DNA of 64,000 nt, from contig CAVSBO010000003.1 in assembly GCA_963726195.1 (NCBI GenBank), positions 96,001 through 160,000 of the forward strand. The letters are read 5' to 3'. The notes below the pieces were generated by a model that was not told the DNA's origin, made no database searches, and saw nothing but the letters and a program-made list of their open reading frames with translations. Shown piece after piece: positions 54,191 through 64,000 of this stretch (position 1 is its first letter; each line of letters opens with the position of its first letter). The position numbers and the translations under genes were made by a program. This DNA comes from Candidatus Thorarchaeota archaeon (GTDB lineage Archaea > Asgardarchaeota > Thorarchaeia > Thorarchaeales > Thorarchaeaceae).

Positions 54191-55110
54191 AGCGCCAACG
54201 CATTCTCCCAGTATATCCGTTTTAAGACGGCTGGTGATAATGACAAACCGTTGATGAAAGTACCTCCGGAGTTCTTGGTGTCTTCATCAACGAAAGGCAG
54301 CGGGACTCCACGGACATCGCTTTCCCATAACAGCCTCTCGGTGAGAAAGCGTCCCTCATAGTAGTCTCGTTCGAGTGTGCGGGCAACGCAATCGGTACCG
54401 AAGAGAATTCTACGCGAATAACGGGTCACGAATGCTCTCGCCTTCTTAACGTTCTTTCCCAGTTCTCTCGCCATCCACCTAGCAGATCCTGTGTCGACGC
54501 ATAGGTTGGGATGCGTGTCAAACATTCGTCCTAGGTTCTCAAGTCTTGGCAGCTCGGGCTGTGCGCCGAAGTGCGCGGCTTGGAATCTCAGTTGCTGGTT
54601 CTTCGACAGTCTCTTCTCGAACTCTGCGATATGGCTGTCCTTTGTTCCATAGACCTGACTATTGGAGTACTTGGTCGCATAATAAGTGTCAGGGTCAGAG
54701 ATGTGTATGACCACTGGAATCTTGAGGTCAGAGAGGAGGTCAAAGAAGGAACTGAATCCGTCGTCTTGAACGGGAGGTATCGGCTTGCCTCCTTCGGGAA
54801 TTCGGTCCCTCCAGAACGGAGCGAAATGTGTCTTAGCCACGGAATAGCCTTGCTCTCTCATCGCAAGGACTTCCTGCTTCACACCTGTGAAATCGTCAGC
54901 GCAAAGTGATGTGTTGAGGAAAAACTTGGCAAAAACAAAACGCCCCGGGTACATCTCACGAAATCGTGCAGCCTGAGCAGTGTGCAGAATGAGGAGGGCT
55001 CTTTCGACGCCAAACTTGCTACCTGTTTCCACCATGAGCTTCAAAGCTGCTTCGTCGGCTGCATGGGAATGGGCATCAAACAGCGGACCGTCATAATGGA
55101 AATCGGACAT
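54178..55110 (-). CDS. Amidohydrolase_2 family metallohydrolase
   Basis: DAHSH, PVVIHISDP, AAHFG, VDTGS, RILFGTD. Confidence 0.85.
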   Translation of the reverse strand: MSDFHYDGPLFDAHSHAADEAALKLMVETGSKFGVERALLILHTAQAARFREMYPGRFVFAKFFLNTSLCADDFTGVKQEVLAMREQGYSVAKTHFAPFWRDRIPEGGKPIPPVQDDGFSSFFDLLSDLKIPVVIHISDPDTYYATKYSNSQVYGTKDSHIAEFEKRLSKNQQLRFQAAHFGAQPELPRLENLGRMFDTHPNLCVDTGSARWMARELGKNVKKARAFVTRYSRRILFGTDCVARTLERDYYEGRFLTERLLWESDVRGVPLPFVDEDTKNSGGTFINGLSLSPAVLKRIYWENALALYES

Positions 55111-55256
55111 CAAAGAGGATTCCTCCCTATGTGCCACGCGAACAGTAGTACAAAACCGTTGAGATACGTGCCGCTCACTTGCCCCGTCGAGAGCGCCGAA
55201 GAGCTTTTCTCTTGGCATTGCTTGGTATCAGGCCAAATTCTGAAGGAATGTGAAGC

Positions 55257-55949
55257 ATGAAACGCGCCGTGCAAGTCGTGGCTGCGGTTACGGTCTTGAC
55301 GATGTGTCTGGTGTTTCCAGCCGCAGGGGCCAACCTTCAGGGACTGAAGTGGGGCTTCAATCCCGGTGACAAGATAGACTACGAGTTTACTCTGATGACA
55401 AGCCCGGCGTTGAACCTTAACGAAGGCATGTACGCCACAATGGGCAGTATAAGTGCGATTCCCAGCACTGTCAACCTATGGAGCGACATTCCGGATCCCA
55501 ACCCTTCCTTTGATTGGAGATGGACCAACGGTTCAGTTGTCCCAATCTTGCTATGGCTCTATCTCCTGCCACTCGCGACGTTTGGCGGGTATCTTGCTGT
55601 TCCGACCGGGAATTGGTCACTCCTGACAAGACTGGTTGACAAGATTCCACTGTGGCAGATCAATACCACAATGGTCGAGAACTCTGCGTACTGGGGCATG
55701 AGCCTTACCACCTCTTCTAGCGGAAAGACGATCGTACTCGAAACATCGTACTTGAAATCCGACGGCGTCCTTGCACGATATCATTGGACAGAGACCGACA
55801 TCGCCACACACGTGAAGGAGAGCGACTTGTCGCTGGTTAGACAAGGACTTCCAAATGACTTGGTGGTCTTCCTCGAAGGCAACTTGCTGTACATTGGAAT
55901 TGGCGTCGTTGTTCTTGTTCTGCTTGTAGTCGCCTGTAAGAGAAGGTAG
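55257..55949 (+). CDS. Secreted C-terminally anchored surface protein, paralog 1
   Basis: Signal peptide, QGLKWG, VPTGNW, YWG, YLKSDGVLARY, TM + KRR. Confidence 0.75.
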   Translation: MKRAVQVVAAVTVLTMCLVFPAAGANLQGLKWGFNPGDKIDYEFTLMTSPALNLNEGMYATMGSISAIPSTVNLWSDIPDPNPSFDWRWTNGSVVPILLWLYLLPLATFGGYLAVPTGNWSLLTRLVDKIPLWQINTTMVENSAYWGMSLTTSSSGKTIVLETSYLKSDGVLARYHWTETDIATHVKESDLSLVRQGLPNDLVVFLEGNLLYIGIGVVVLVLLVVACKRR

Positions 55950-56161
55950 GGAGGATTAGGGGCTTTTGTCCCTTATCTGTTCCCTTTTTCTGGGAAGCCG
56001 AGATTGGGTCTGTTTTTCATTCAATCGAATCTGTCGCTCACTGGCCTCTGTAGAACCTCAAGGTAGCCTGTCGTGAGAATGGGCCGAAGGCAATGTTTTT
56101 CTTCAAATCTGAGCCTGTTACAGGTACCATTATCAAATGGTTTCTATGGAGAAATGAACTA

Positions 56162-56866
56162 ATGAAGCGCACGCTACAGCTGTTAATCGCGCTTGCGATT
56201 GTAACAATGTTTGTTGCGTCCCCAGTTGCTGCAGCTTCTAATCAGGGGCTGTCGTGGGCAGTGGTGAAAACTAACGCTTACAACTACCACATGACCACAA
56301 GTGGAGTAACAACTGGTACGAATCTCAATGAAGCTTGCTTCATGAACATAACTGACGATCCTCCGTCCATACCGAATTCCATGACTACGTGGGCTCAGGT
56401 TCCCAATGTGGATGTCGACATTTTCTGGCACAATGGGACCAGCATTGGTATCTATGGACTCGTATTCCTCGGGATACTCCTCGTCGGTACTGGGTTTGTT
56501 GTGCCTATCGGAAACTTTACCCTCCTTGGGAATTTAATCAAGACCTACGTAGCTTGGAACAGCACAGCTACCACCTATGTCAATAGCACTCTCTATTGGG
56601 GGCTGAAGTACACACAGACTCAGACTAAGCAGAACACTGTCCTTCAGATGTCATTTCTGAAGAGCGATGGCGTATTGGCCCGCTACATCATTGATTTCAC
56701 CAACAATACATCACACGCGACCACAGACTTTTCATTCATCCGAGATGGCCTGCCCTCCGAGGGATTCGACATAGTCGGGTTCCTGCAGAATAATATACTC
56801 TACGTCGGTGCTGCGGTGGCTGTTATCGTAATTCTTGGTGTTGTCGTCTGCATCAGGAAGAAGTAG
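56162..56866 (+). CDS. Secreted C-terminally anchored surface protein, paralog 2
   Basis: SNQGLSW, VPIGNF, YWG, FLKSDGVLARY; many N-x-S/T sequons; TM + RKK. Confidence 0.75.
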   Translation: MKRTLQLLIALAIVTMFVASPVAAASNQGLSWAVVKTNAYNYHMTTSGVTTGTNLNEACFMNITDDPPSIPNSMTTWAQVPNVDVDIFWHNGTSIGIYGLVFLGILLVGTGFVVPIGNFTLLGNLIKTYVAWNSTATTYVNSTLYWGLKYTQTQTKQNTVLQMSFLKSDGVLARYIIDFTNNTSHATTDFSFIRDGLPSEGFDIVGFLQNNILYVGAAVAVIVILGVVVCIRKK

Positions 56867-56878
56867 TTTGCTTCAAGT

Positions 56879-56910
56879 CAGGGGCATCTGCCCCTGCTCT
56901 CCTCTTTTTT
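56879..56910 (+). terminator. Hairpin plus T tract
   Basis: caggggca-tc-tgcccctg followed by ctctcctctttttt. Confidence 0.55.
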
Positions 56911-57221
56911 CGCCTAGTGTTTCCGTGACTCTACCCTGGTCTTTTTTCAACTTCGACGCTCTTGGCAATCGAGAACCAACCCTACTCGCAGATTCCGTTC
57001 ACAACCCTCAGATCGACTCATAGAGATTGACTTCAGTTTACGATTCCAAACGGTTAGCAGCCCACCGACAAAGACATCCAGAAAGCCCCTGGTCATGAGT
57101 CTTGAGTACACGGTCTCAAACCTCATCCGCGCGGTTCATGCGTCAATGCAGAATGCTTTTCTTCAAATCTGGCTATATTGTAAGCAGCACCATCAAGTGG
57201 TTTCTAGGGAGAGTTACACTA

Positions 57222-58178
57222 ATGAGACACATGCTACAACTACCAGTCGCACTTGCAATTTCGAGTCTCTTTCTCGTTTCTCCAGTTGCCGCAGCCTCTA
57301 ATCAAGGGCTATCATGGGCAGCCGTGAAAGGTGACGTTTTCAACTTTCACCTGACCACAAGTGGCGTAACAATGGGTCCGAATGTCAATGAAGCTCTCTT
57401 CATGAATGTGACCAGCGATCCTCCATCCATACCGAATTCCATCACTGCGTGGGCTCAGGTTCCCTGTCCTAACGTAGGCTGGTATTGGAGCAACGAGACC
57501 GCAATCGGCCTGTACGGGATCCTATTCCTCGGGCTATTGTACTTCGGTACAGCGTTTGTTCTGCCAATTGGGAATTTCACCTTAATTGGGAATGTGATTA
57601 AGACCTATACATCCTGGAATAGCACAGCTACCACCTATGTCAATAACACTCTCTATTGGGGGCTGAAATGCACACTGAATCAAACCCAGCAGAACACGGT
57701 CATTCAGGTGTCATATCTCAAAAGCGACGGCGTTCTGGCCCGGTACACTATTAGCGCCACCAACAACACATCCCATGCGACAGAAAGGATATCATTCATC
57801 CGAGATGGCCTGCCTAAGTGGGTGGTCACACCTGTTTCGCAGACACTGGCCTACGGGCAAGCACTGAGTTATCAGTTGCAAGCCTCTGATCCTTCTAGCA
57901 TCGGCCAGTGGCAGGTCAATGACACCTTACACTTTGCAATCAGCTCCGGCGGCCTTCTTACAAATGCGTCAACTCTGGCAAGCGGCACGTATGGGGTCGC
58001 TGTCACGGCATATGACATGTACGATGGCCATTTCACTGCAACATTCAACGTTACAGTCCAACCCCAGGCAACAATAACGTTACCACCTTTGGGCATTCCT
58101 CTTTTCGTTTGGCTGGGTGCCGGTGGCGGGATTGTGGCGGCGGTCCTGATTGTCCTTCTGCTTCGCCGCAGGTCTTGA
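57222..58178 (+). CDS. Surface protein paralog 3 with added Ig-like domain
   Basis: Highly similar to paralog 2 up to IRDGLP, then YQLQASDPSSI..WQVNDT..F.I..G Ig-like domain and a new TM. Confidence 0.78.
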   Translation: MRHMLQLPVALAISSLFLVSPVAAASNQGLSWAAVKGDVFNFHLTTSGVTMGPNVNEALFMNVTSDPPSIPNSITAWAQVPCPNVGWYWSNETAIGLYGILFLGLLYFGTAFVLPIGNFTLIGNVIKTYTSWNSTATTYVNNTLYWGLKCTLNQTQQNTVIQVSYLKSDGVLARYTISATNNTSHATERISFIRDGLPKWVVTPVSQTLAYGQALSYQLQASDPSSIGQWQVNDTLHFAISSGGLLTNASTLASGTYGVAVTAYDMYDGHFTATFNVTVQPQATITLPPLGIPLFVWLGAGGGIVAAVLIVLLLRRRS

Positions 58179-58180
58179 GA

Positions 58181-58270
58181 CAGACTCTCGGCCTGTACAT
58201 CGCGGCTTGCGTGGTCGTCATTGTACTCATTGGCGTAGTAGTGTGCCTGAGAAGGAGAAAGGTGACCTGA
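58181..58270 (+). pseudogene. Orphaned ancestral TM anchor of paralog 3
   Basis: QTLGLYIAACVVVIVLIGVVVCLRRRKVT* vs paralog 2 ILYVGAAVAVIVILGVVVCIRKK*; no start codon, out of frame. Confidence 0.7.
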
Positions 58271-58316
58271 GCGGCTTCCGCCCCTTCTTTCCTTTTCTCC
58301 CACAATGTTTGTTGAC

Positions 58317-59672
58317 TCAGTCTTGATTTTTCTTCATCCTTGAGTCCTTCGACAAACGGGACCAGAGCGCTTGTGCGGATTCCCTTGACGTCGCTGAGAC
58401 TGAATCATCAGAAGCCGTCTTCAGTTTTCCATTCCACACTGCTGGTCGACCATTGACGAACACATGCAACACATCCCGTCCTGAGAACGTGTTGATCAGA
58501 TGAGCCACGACGGAACCAGAATCAACAGGGGTAGGAACCCTGGAGGCATCAAGGACAACTATGTCTGCGAGTTTTCCAGACTCAATGCTTCCAATGATGT
58601 TGTCAAGTCCGTAGCATCTTGCGCCTTCAATCGTAGCCATCCTGAATACTTGGTCTGGACCAATCACACTCGGATTCCGCGTTGCAAGCCGGTGGACAGT
58701 CAATGCACACCTCATGTTCTCGAAGGGGTCGAATATCCAACCGTCATTCCCAAGGCCGACCTTTATGCCCCTTGCCAACATGTCAGGCACGGGCGCAGTG
58801 CCGACAGCATTCAGCATATTGCTCATTGGATTGTGGGCCACCGCTGCTTGATACTTGCTAATGAGATTGAGTTCATTCCCGTTGACGTGTACGCAGTGTG
58901 CCAGCACAGTTCGCGGCCTCAAGACACCCAGTCTTGCGAGCCGTTCGACCGTTCGTTCACCCTTCTTTTCCAGATTATGATAGAGATCTACGAGACCTTC
59001 TGAAGTATGAATAGTCAAAGGAATTCCATTGCTGGATGCGACTTCTGCACCTTTGGCAATCACCTCATCGTCAACAGTAAACGAGGCATGAAGGCTGACC
59101 ATCGCTGAAGTCAATCCCTTGATTCTTGCGCAGGCCTTCGCGAAGCGCACATTCTCTTTCATGCCGCGCGCGGCTTCATCAGTGCCGTTGCGTTCTGTGA
59201 CTTCAAAGGCCAGCATCGATCGAATCCCGATTTGTTGTGTTGCCTCAGCAATTGCATCGAGCACGCCCTCTATTGAATTAGGACCTGAGTACGTGTCAGC
59301 AAAGAAGGTTGACCCATTGCGAATCATGTCTGCCGATGCGGCCAGTGCACTTGCTTTCGCATCCTGAACCGTCAACGCTTCGTCAAGCGGCCACCAGACC
59401 CTCTGAAGAATCTGGGCGAAATCTGTCGGTGGTTCTATGTTGAGTGATGCTCCTCTAAGAAGAATCCCATACAGGTGGGTGTGGGCAGTGATAAGACCCG
59501 GAATGATGACACAGCCGGATGCGTCGACTGTCACATCTGACTTGGTGCGCGGTTCTCCCTTGCCAACCTCTGCAATCTTGGTACCTTCGATTCTAACGAA
59601 ACCAAGAAAGATTCTTCCCTGTGCATCACCCGTGACAATCAGCCCGTTCTTGATCAGAGTGGATTCCGCCAT
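58317..59672 (-). CDS. Metal-dependent amidohydrolase (SsnA/MTA-SAH deaminase-like)
   Basis: PGLITAHTHLY, IHTSEG, AHCVH, HNPMSN, GLGNDG, GKLADIV. Confidence 0.88.
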   Translation of the reverse strand: MAESTLIKNGLIVTGDAQGRIFLGFVRIEGTKIAEVGKGEPRTKSDVTVDASGCVIIPGLITAHTHLYGILLRGASLNIEPPTDFAQILQRVWWPLDEALTVQDAKASALAASADMIRNGSTFFADTYSGPNSIEGVLDAIAEATQQIGIRSMLAFEVTERNGTDEAARGMKENVRFAKACARIKGLTSAMVSLHASFTVDDEVIAKGAEVASSNGIPLTIHTSEGLVDLYHNLEKKGERTVERLARLGVLRPRTVLAHCVHVNGNELNLISKYQAAVAHNPMSNMLNAVGTAPVPDMLARGIKVGLGNDGWIFDPFENMRCALTVHRLATRNPSVIGPDQVFRMATIEGARCYGLDNIIGSIESGKLADIVVLDASRVPTPVDSGSVVAHLINTFSGRDVLHVFVNGRPAVWNGKLKTASDDSVSATSRESAQALWSRLSKDSRMKKNQD

Positions 59673-59796
59673 GATGATCATCCCTGTGCATGAAGCGATC
59701 ACGCTCAGTGATATGACACCATGTGTCAGATGGGGCGACCTAGATGGAGCTTTCGGCGCGATATGCAAACGGGACCAAGGTCAAGTAATCCTCGCA

Positions 59797-61325
59797 TTAC
59801 GGTTCCATGTCGGCCACACTTAGCCTGTCCTTGCCTGACCGGTAGACGATACCATCCCGCTCAAGTTGCTCCAGCGCCAAATCGAACTCTCTGTCATCCA
59901 GTCCCGAGGACGCAGCATTGTTCTTGAGCTTGGAAATCTCTACCTCCTTCCCCGTCACAGCAGTCATGCTACGAAGCAACCTCATGAAAGTGTCAGCGGG
60001 TGCATATTCTGTTCGTCCGGAAACAGGCTCGGCTTCAATCTCGGTCGTGTCCTCGGCTGGCACTGAGTGCCGCGCTTTGGCGGCGTCTCGTGCACCGACA
60101 AGAGCAGCCATTAAATCCGAGCTGGGATGTAGCTCGGCTTCACCGGTTAGTTTGCGCGCGCCAATATCCTCCAGACTCACACCTTGAGGGGCTTCGGTGC
60201 TACCACTTGCCTCTTCTTCTTCTGAGATAACAGGGATTGGAAATGACTCGACGAGACTCACTCCGAGCCAGCTAGAATCAACATCACCGTTTGTCGTAGC
60301 CGCTTCCAGCAGCTGAGCTCTGAATTGCTTCTCTATCTTGTCGCGCTGAGCAGAGAGATTGGAATCGCGACAAACCTCCGACCCGAGCCGCAGCAAAATC
60401 CTCCCGGCGAGTCCGTGCACCCTAGTGTGTGGATCCCGCACGAGATACTCCAGTATCTTCAGAAGGGGAAGGAATCTGGAGCCTCTGATGCTCATGCTGT
60501 CCAACAGTGCCTGCTTCACGCGCCAGTCTCCGTCGGCGACAAGGTCCATGACAATCCCCGCTGGCGCAGTGACTCCCTGCTTGGCCACGGTTTCTGCAAC
60601 CTCAGACCTGACCTGCCAGTTGCCATTCCTCAGGAACGGATGCAGGTACTGCACTGTTTTTGGGTCGATAATAGGACATATGTACGGAAGCAGGTCAGGC
60701 CTCTTCTCAGCTGATTTCTGGCAGAACATCTTAAGCAAGTTGGCGCGCGTTGCCACTGGAAACGCCGTCAATCTCTGCACACTACCGAAGCTCATTGTCT
60801 CCACGCGCTCGGAGACAAGCTCCTTCGCCCACTGTGTGCCAACGCTTCCTAGAAGAGCCATGATGCCCACAATTGTCGGCTGATGTTCCCTTCCTGAGAG
60901 ACTGCAGGGCCTCTGCCCACCTCTTCTGTTCTGTGAAGGATTTTGGACCGGTCTGAATGAACTTCTCCTCGATTGCCTGAAGGACCTGCTCGCGCTCAGC
61001 AGGATTGACTTCCTTCAGCTGTGACATCAGCTGTCGGATGTATTGCCCGTATGCATTCTGACCGGCAACCCTGAGAGCAGTCTTTCTCATAACGGGGTCA
61101 TCGGCTTTGGACACACTCAACGCTTTCGCCAACAGAGTTCTCAGCTGTTGGCTGCGCGGCGAGGTGGCTTGCAGCTTCATACATGCTTTCCAAGATTGGA
61201 GAATCCAGGCTCCACGCAATATCGCGGAGTTGCTTGATTGCCTTCCGCTCAGCCTCTGACGTGGTTGACTTCGTTGTCTTCGGCTTTGCTGTCGTAGGCT
61301 TCAAACAGGTTCTCTCCCATCTCAC
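59797..61325 (-). CDS. HEAT-repeat protein with acidic linker and C-terminal winged helix (frameshifts ~61150, ~60890)
   Basis: DDPVMRKTA, NWQVRSEVA, DWRVKQA, DPHTRVH repeats; C-terminal ISKLK..GLD..FDLALEQLERDGIVY. Confidence 0.65.
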
Positions 61326-62241
61326 TTGTGCGCACGCTTTGTACTCTCCCGCTTCGCCGGGCTTCTTCCGGCTCTTGACCTTGGACGACTAGGCATCGGA
61401 ACGTGTTTTGAAGCTGCTCCTTCTTGGGGATGCCCCACATACTCCGTTAGGTTGGTCTGCACTGCCAGACGCCGGCTTTCTGTACCTCTCGTTGGCTTCT
61501 TCCCCACAGACGCCTTAACCGGTCCGCCAACAATTGTGGCTTGTTCTGTGTCCGAGACGGGAGCAATAGCGATGTCCTCACCGATTTCAAGGTCTACAAG
61601 CATATGCTCATAGCTCTCAAGTAATGCCGCCGCGCGAGGATCGTCCTCATCCAGTTCATCTTCCATGATGGCAAGTTGCCTGAGCAGTGTTCGTCCGACG
61701 ACTGAACTGGACAATCGTCTCAAGTCCAATTCTCCCTTCAGGGCCTTGGGTTTAGCTTCTTGAATTCATCAAGCTGGGCTTGTCGCAAGGAAGGCAGAAG
61801 GAAGCCAAGTCCATCTGTCGCAAGACCGATTGTTGTCAAGTACTTAATCTCGCCCTGTCCAATCATGTCAGATACAATGCCTGATGCATATTCTCTAATA
61901 TTCCGCTGTGCGTCTTTCCAAGAATGCTGCTTGGTAATCTTCCGGACAATCTCCTCTGTGCTCACGTCGAGGACCAAACTGAGGGACGTCAGACCCAGTG
62001 CTCCGAACACAGCGTCTCGCAACAAGAGCAGCGTATTTGACAAATCAGCATCTGGCTCTTTTGTGAGGGATCGCTTCTCAAGGAGCGAATAGAGTGTGTG
62101 CCAAGGGTACTTCGTTTTGTCGGTCCAGTATCCTTCGAACGTTTCGGCGACTGCAGAAATGTCACCGCGCCTACTCATGTCACTTACCATGTCGACAAAT
62201 GCCATCTTGTCCGTGGCGACACTTCGGCGCTCGGTGGCCAT
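61322..62241 (-). CDS. Helical hypothetical protein with PIP-box-like motif (frameshift ~61755)
   Basis: ORFs 61738..62241 and 61322..61729 join (EFKK/AKPKALKGELDL); QTNLTEY in a disordered basic tail. Confidence 0.55.
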
Positions 62242-62357
62242 GGTCAGTCCTCCGCTCGTTTGACAAGCAAGAGACTTGCACATGGTGCTTTTGATTGTAT
62301 CGTGCCGTCGGACTGCGCTTTCAAACCAAAAGCATGCCTGAACACGGCAGTGGCCGA

Positions 62358-62890
62358 TTAAGGATGTGGAATCCATCTTCTGACTCTATACACGTAGTCC
62401 GCATATTCATCCCCAAACCTCTCGGCAAGGTCTCGCTCTTCAAACGCTGCGATTCTGTCGTAGAACACGAACATGACAGCAAGAATGTCTAGGCAGAAGA
62501 TAGAGCAGGTTGTCACAAACAATCCCAAGTCCATGCATAGGCTTCCCAAGTACATGGGATGCCGCACATGGGCGAAAACGCCGTTGTCAATCACACGAGG
62601 AGGATCTCGCACTTCGCCGAAGACAACTCGATCGGTCACCCGAGAACAACCACATGCCCAAGACAAGGAAGAAGCCAGCAATTGGAAGGCGAATATACAG
62701 TGGCACATAACCCGCGAGTAGTGTCGAGATACCGAAGATGAATGAATCCGCCACCCAAATAACGAAGAACACGAGCTGGAAAAGCGCTTGACCTCGGTCA
62801 CCCCACGGATGCTCTGGACCTAGATCTGCCCTTTCAGGTCTGTGGGGATTGCCTTCGTGCGACGTACTACCGCCTTCTGATTCTTCACTA
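62358..62890 (-). CDS. Isoprenylcysteine carboxyl methyltransferase/PEMT family membrane protein (frameshift ~62640)
   Basis: EHPWGDRGQ, GVFAHVRHPMYLG, EERDL..FGDEYADY..VRRWIP; start approximate. Confidence 0.8.
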
Positions 62891-63001
62891 AGCCGTCATA
62901 TCAGACTATGCATTTCAGTAGACTGCTGAGAGATGCGTGAAAACACCTTTCGTGTTTCTACTTCTCAAAGGTTTGCCCGGTCTCGCTCGGCACAACGCGA
63001 C

Positions 63002-63613
63002 TCATCCAAGTAACACTCGAAGGCCGCTCCGCCAAATGGCCTCACCCATGCGTCTGTATCCCTCAATGCTCAAGTGAAGACCGTCGCCACTATCGAATTC
63101 TGCAACCAGCAGACCTTTCTCGTCTGACAGGTTGTTGAATAGGTCGACCACTAGCAGATTATTGTAATCCTTTCCTGACATGCGAATTGTTCTCGTTAAG
63201 TCGAGCTTGTGTTTCTTGCACCCCGGGATATGCAAATCCTACCGGCGGAATCGTGCATGCGATGACTCGCGAACCTCTGTCGAGCGCATGCTCCCAAAGC
63301 GACTTGACGTGAGAACAGATTGTTTCCGAGTCACTCCCCCATCCAACATCGTTGCTGCCTGCTAGGATTATGACAATGTCATAGCTGCGCAGGTTCATCG
63401 CTTTCCTAAGACGTGGCAACATGTGTCGCGCGAGCTCACCAGGCACACCCTGATTATCGAAATCTATGTCAATGCCGTCTTCCTGGTTTGCCTGTCTGGC
63501 CAGCCAGTAACCATACTGGGATTTCTCGTCCCCCGAAAGATCGAAAGGGTCGTAGCCAGGTGTGCCCGCAGTTAGACTATCACCAAAACCTAAAACCCGA
63601 ACGACTGCTTCAC
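63002..63613 (-). CDS. SGNH/GDSL hydrolase (frameshift ~63190)
   Basis: FGDSLTAG, NQGVPG, AGSND, DGLHLS..GY; start approximate. Confidence 0.85.
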
Positions 63614-64000
63614 TTCTGGCCAACTGCTTCCAGCTCTTTGCAGACCTCTGTCTTTCTGACGAGGAGAGTCTGCCCACGCTTTATGAGCTCTTCGAGTTCG
63701 TGCTGGTATTCGTCTCTGTCAATGCGACCTTTCTCGTATCTTCTTTCAAGGTCTTCTCTTTGCCGTCTCACTTCTTCGATTTCGGAATCTATGGATTTCT
63801 GTTTCACCTTCAACAGAATACGGTTCTTCCCTTCAGACGAAGAGACGGGTACAGTCTTCATCGAACTGACTATTTGACCTTGTGAACCCGAAAGCTTGAG
63901 TGGCTCGGTTATCTGTACGGCAATCGCATTGCTAGCGGGTTCAGAGGAAACGGAGCCAGCAGCGCTCATTCTCGGACTCGTTTCTGGCAGTCCCTCTTTC
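63610..64000 (-). CDS. C-terminal part of a coiled-coil protein (runs off the window)
   Basis: Frame is open to the window edge; LERRYEKGRIDRDEY SHOCT-like helical hairpin. Confidence 0.55.
   Translation of the reverse strand, partial: KEGLPETSPRMSAAGSVSSEPASNAIAVQITEPLKLSGSQGQIVSSMKTVPVSSSEGKNRILLKVKQKSIDSEIEEVRRQREDLERRYEKGRIDRDEYQHELEELIKRGQTLLVRKTEVCKELEAVGQK

Overview
Archaeal chromosomal segment, most likely an Asgard archaeon (Thorarchaeia-like). This is inferred from a single-domain gelsolin, a Sec-type VhuU with a eukaryote-like SECIS, and expanded NosD/LRR/TM-anchored surface protein families. Contents: a tungsten aldehyde:ferredoxin oxidoreductase divergent from an hdrC-hdrB-hdrA'-hdrA''-mvhD-(wHTH)-mvhG-mvhA-vhuU operon; two tandem single-OB SSBs; corA, eutA, dinB, abfD, cofE and ade; a PAS histidine kinase with a C-terminal CxxC thioredoxin-fold domain facing a DsrE / Met-rich membrane protein / TusA locus; a MoxR-vWA pair; B-box-like membrane proteins; a gelsolin-domain protein; three paralogous surface proteins; and a PIP-box protein plus HEAT/winged-helix protein pair. 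The best hidden feature, absent from the ORF track, is vhuU (13158-13310). It has an in-frame UGA at the Ni-ligand position and a eukaryote-type SECIS whose AUGA core is the gene's own stop codon. A decayed second copy of this tail and SECIS lies about 1.1 kb downstream. About 20 genes are split by single-base indels, most likely assembly errors. No rRNA, tRNA, CRISPR or transposase was recognised. All family assignments come from motif recognition, not database searches.
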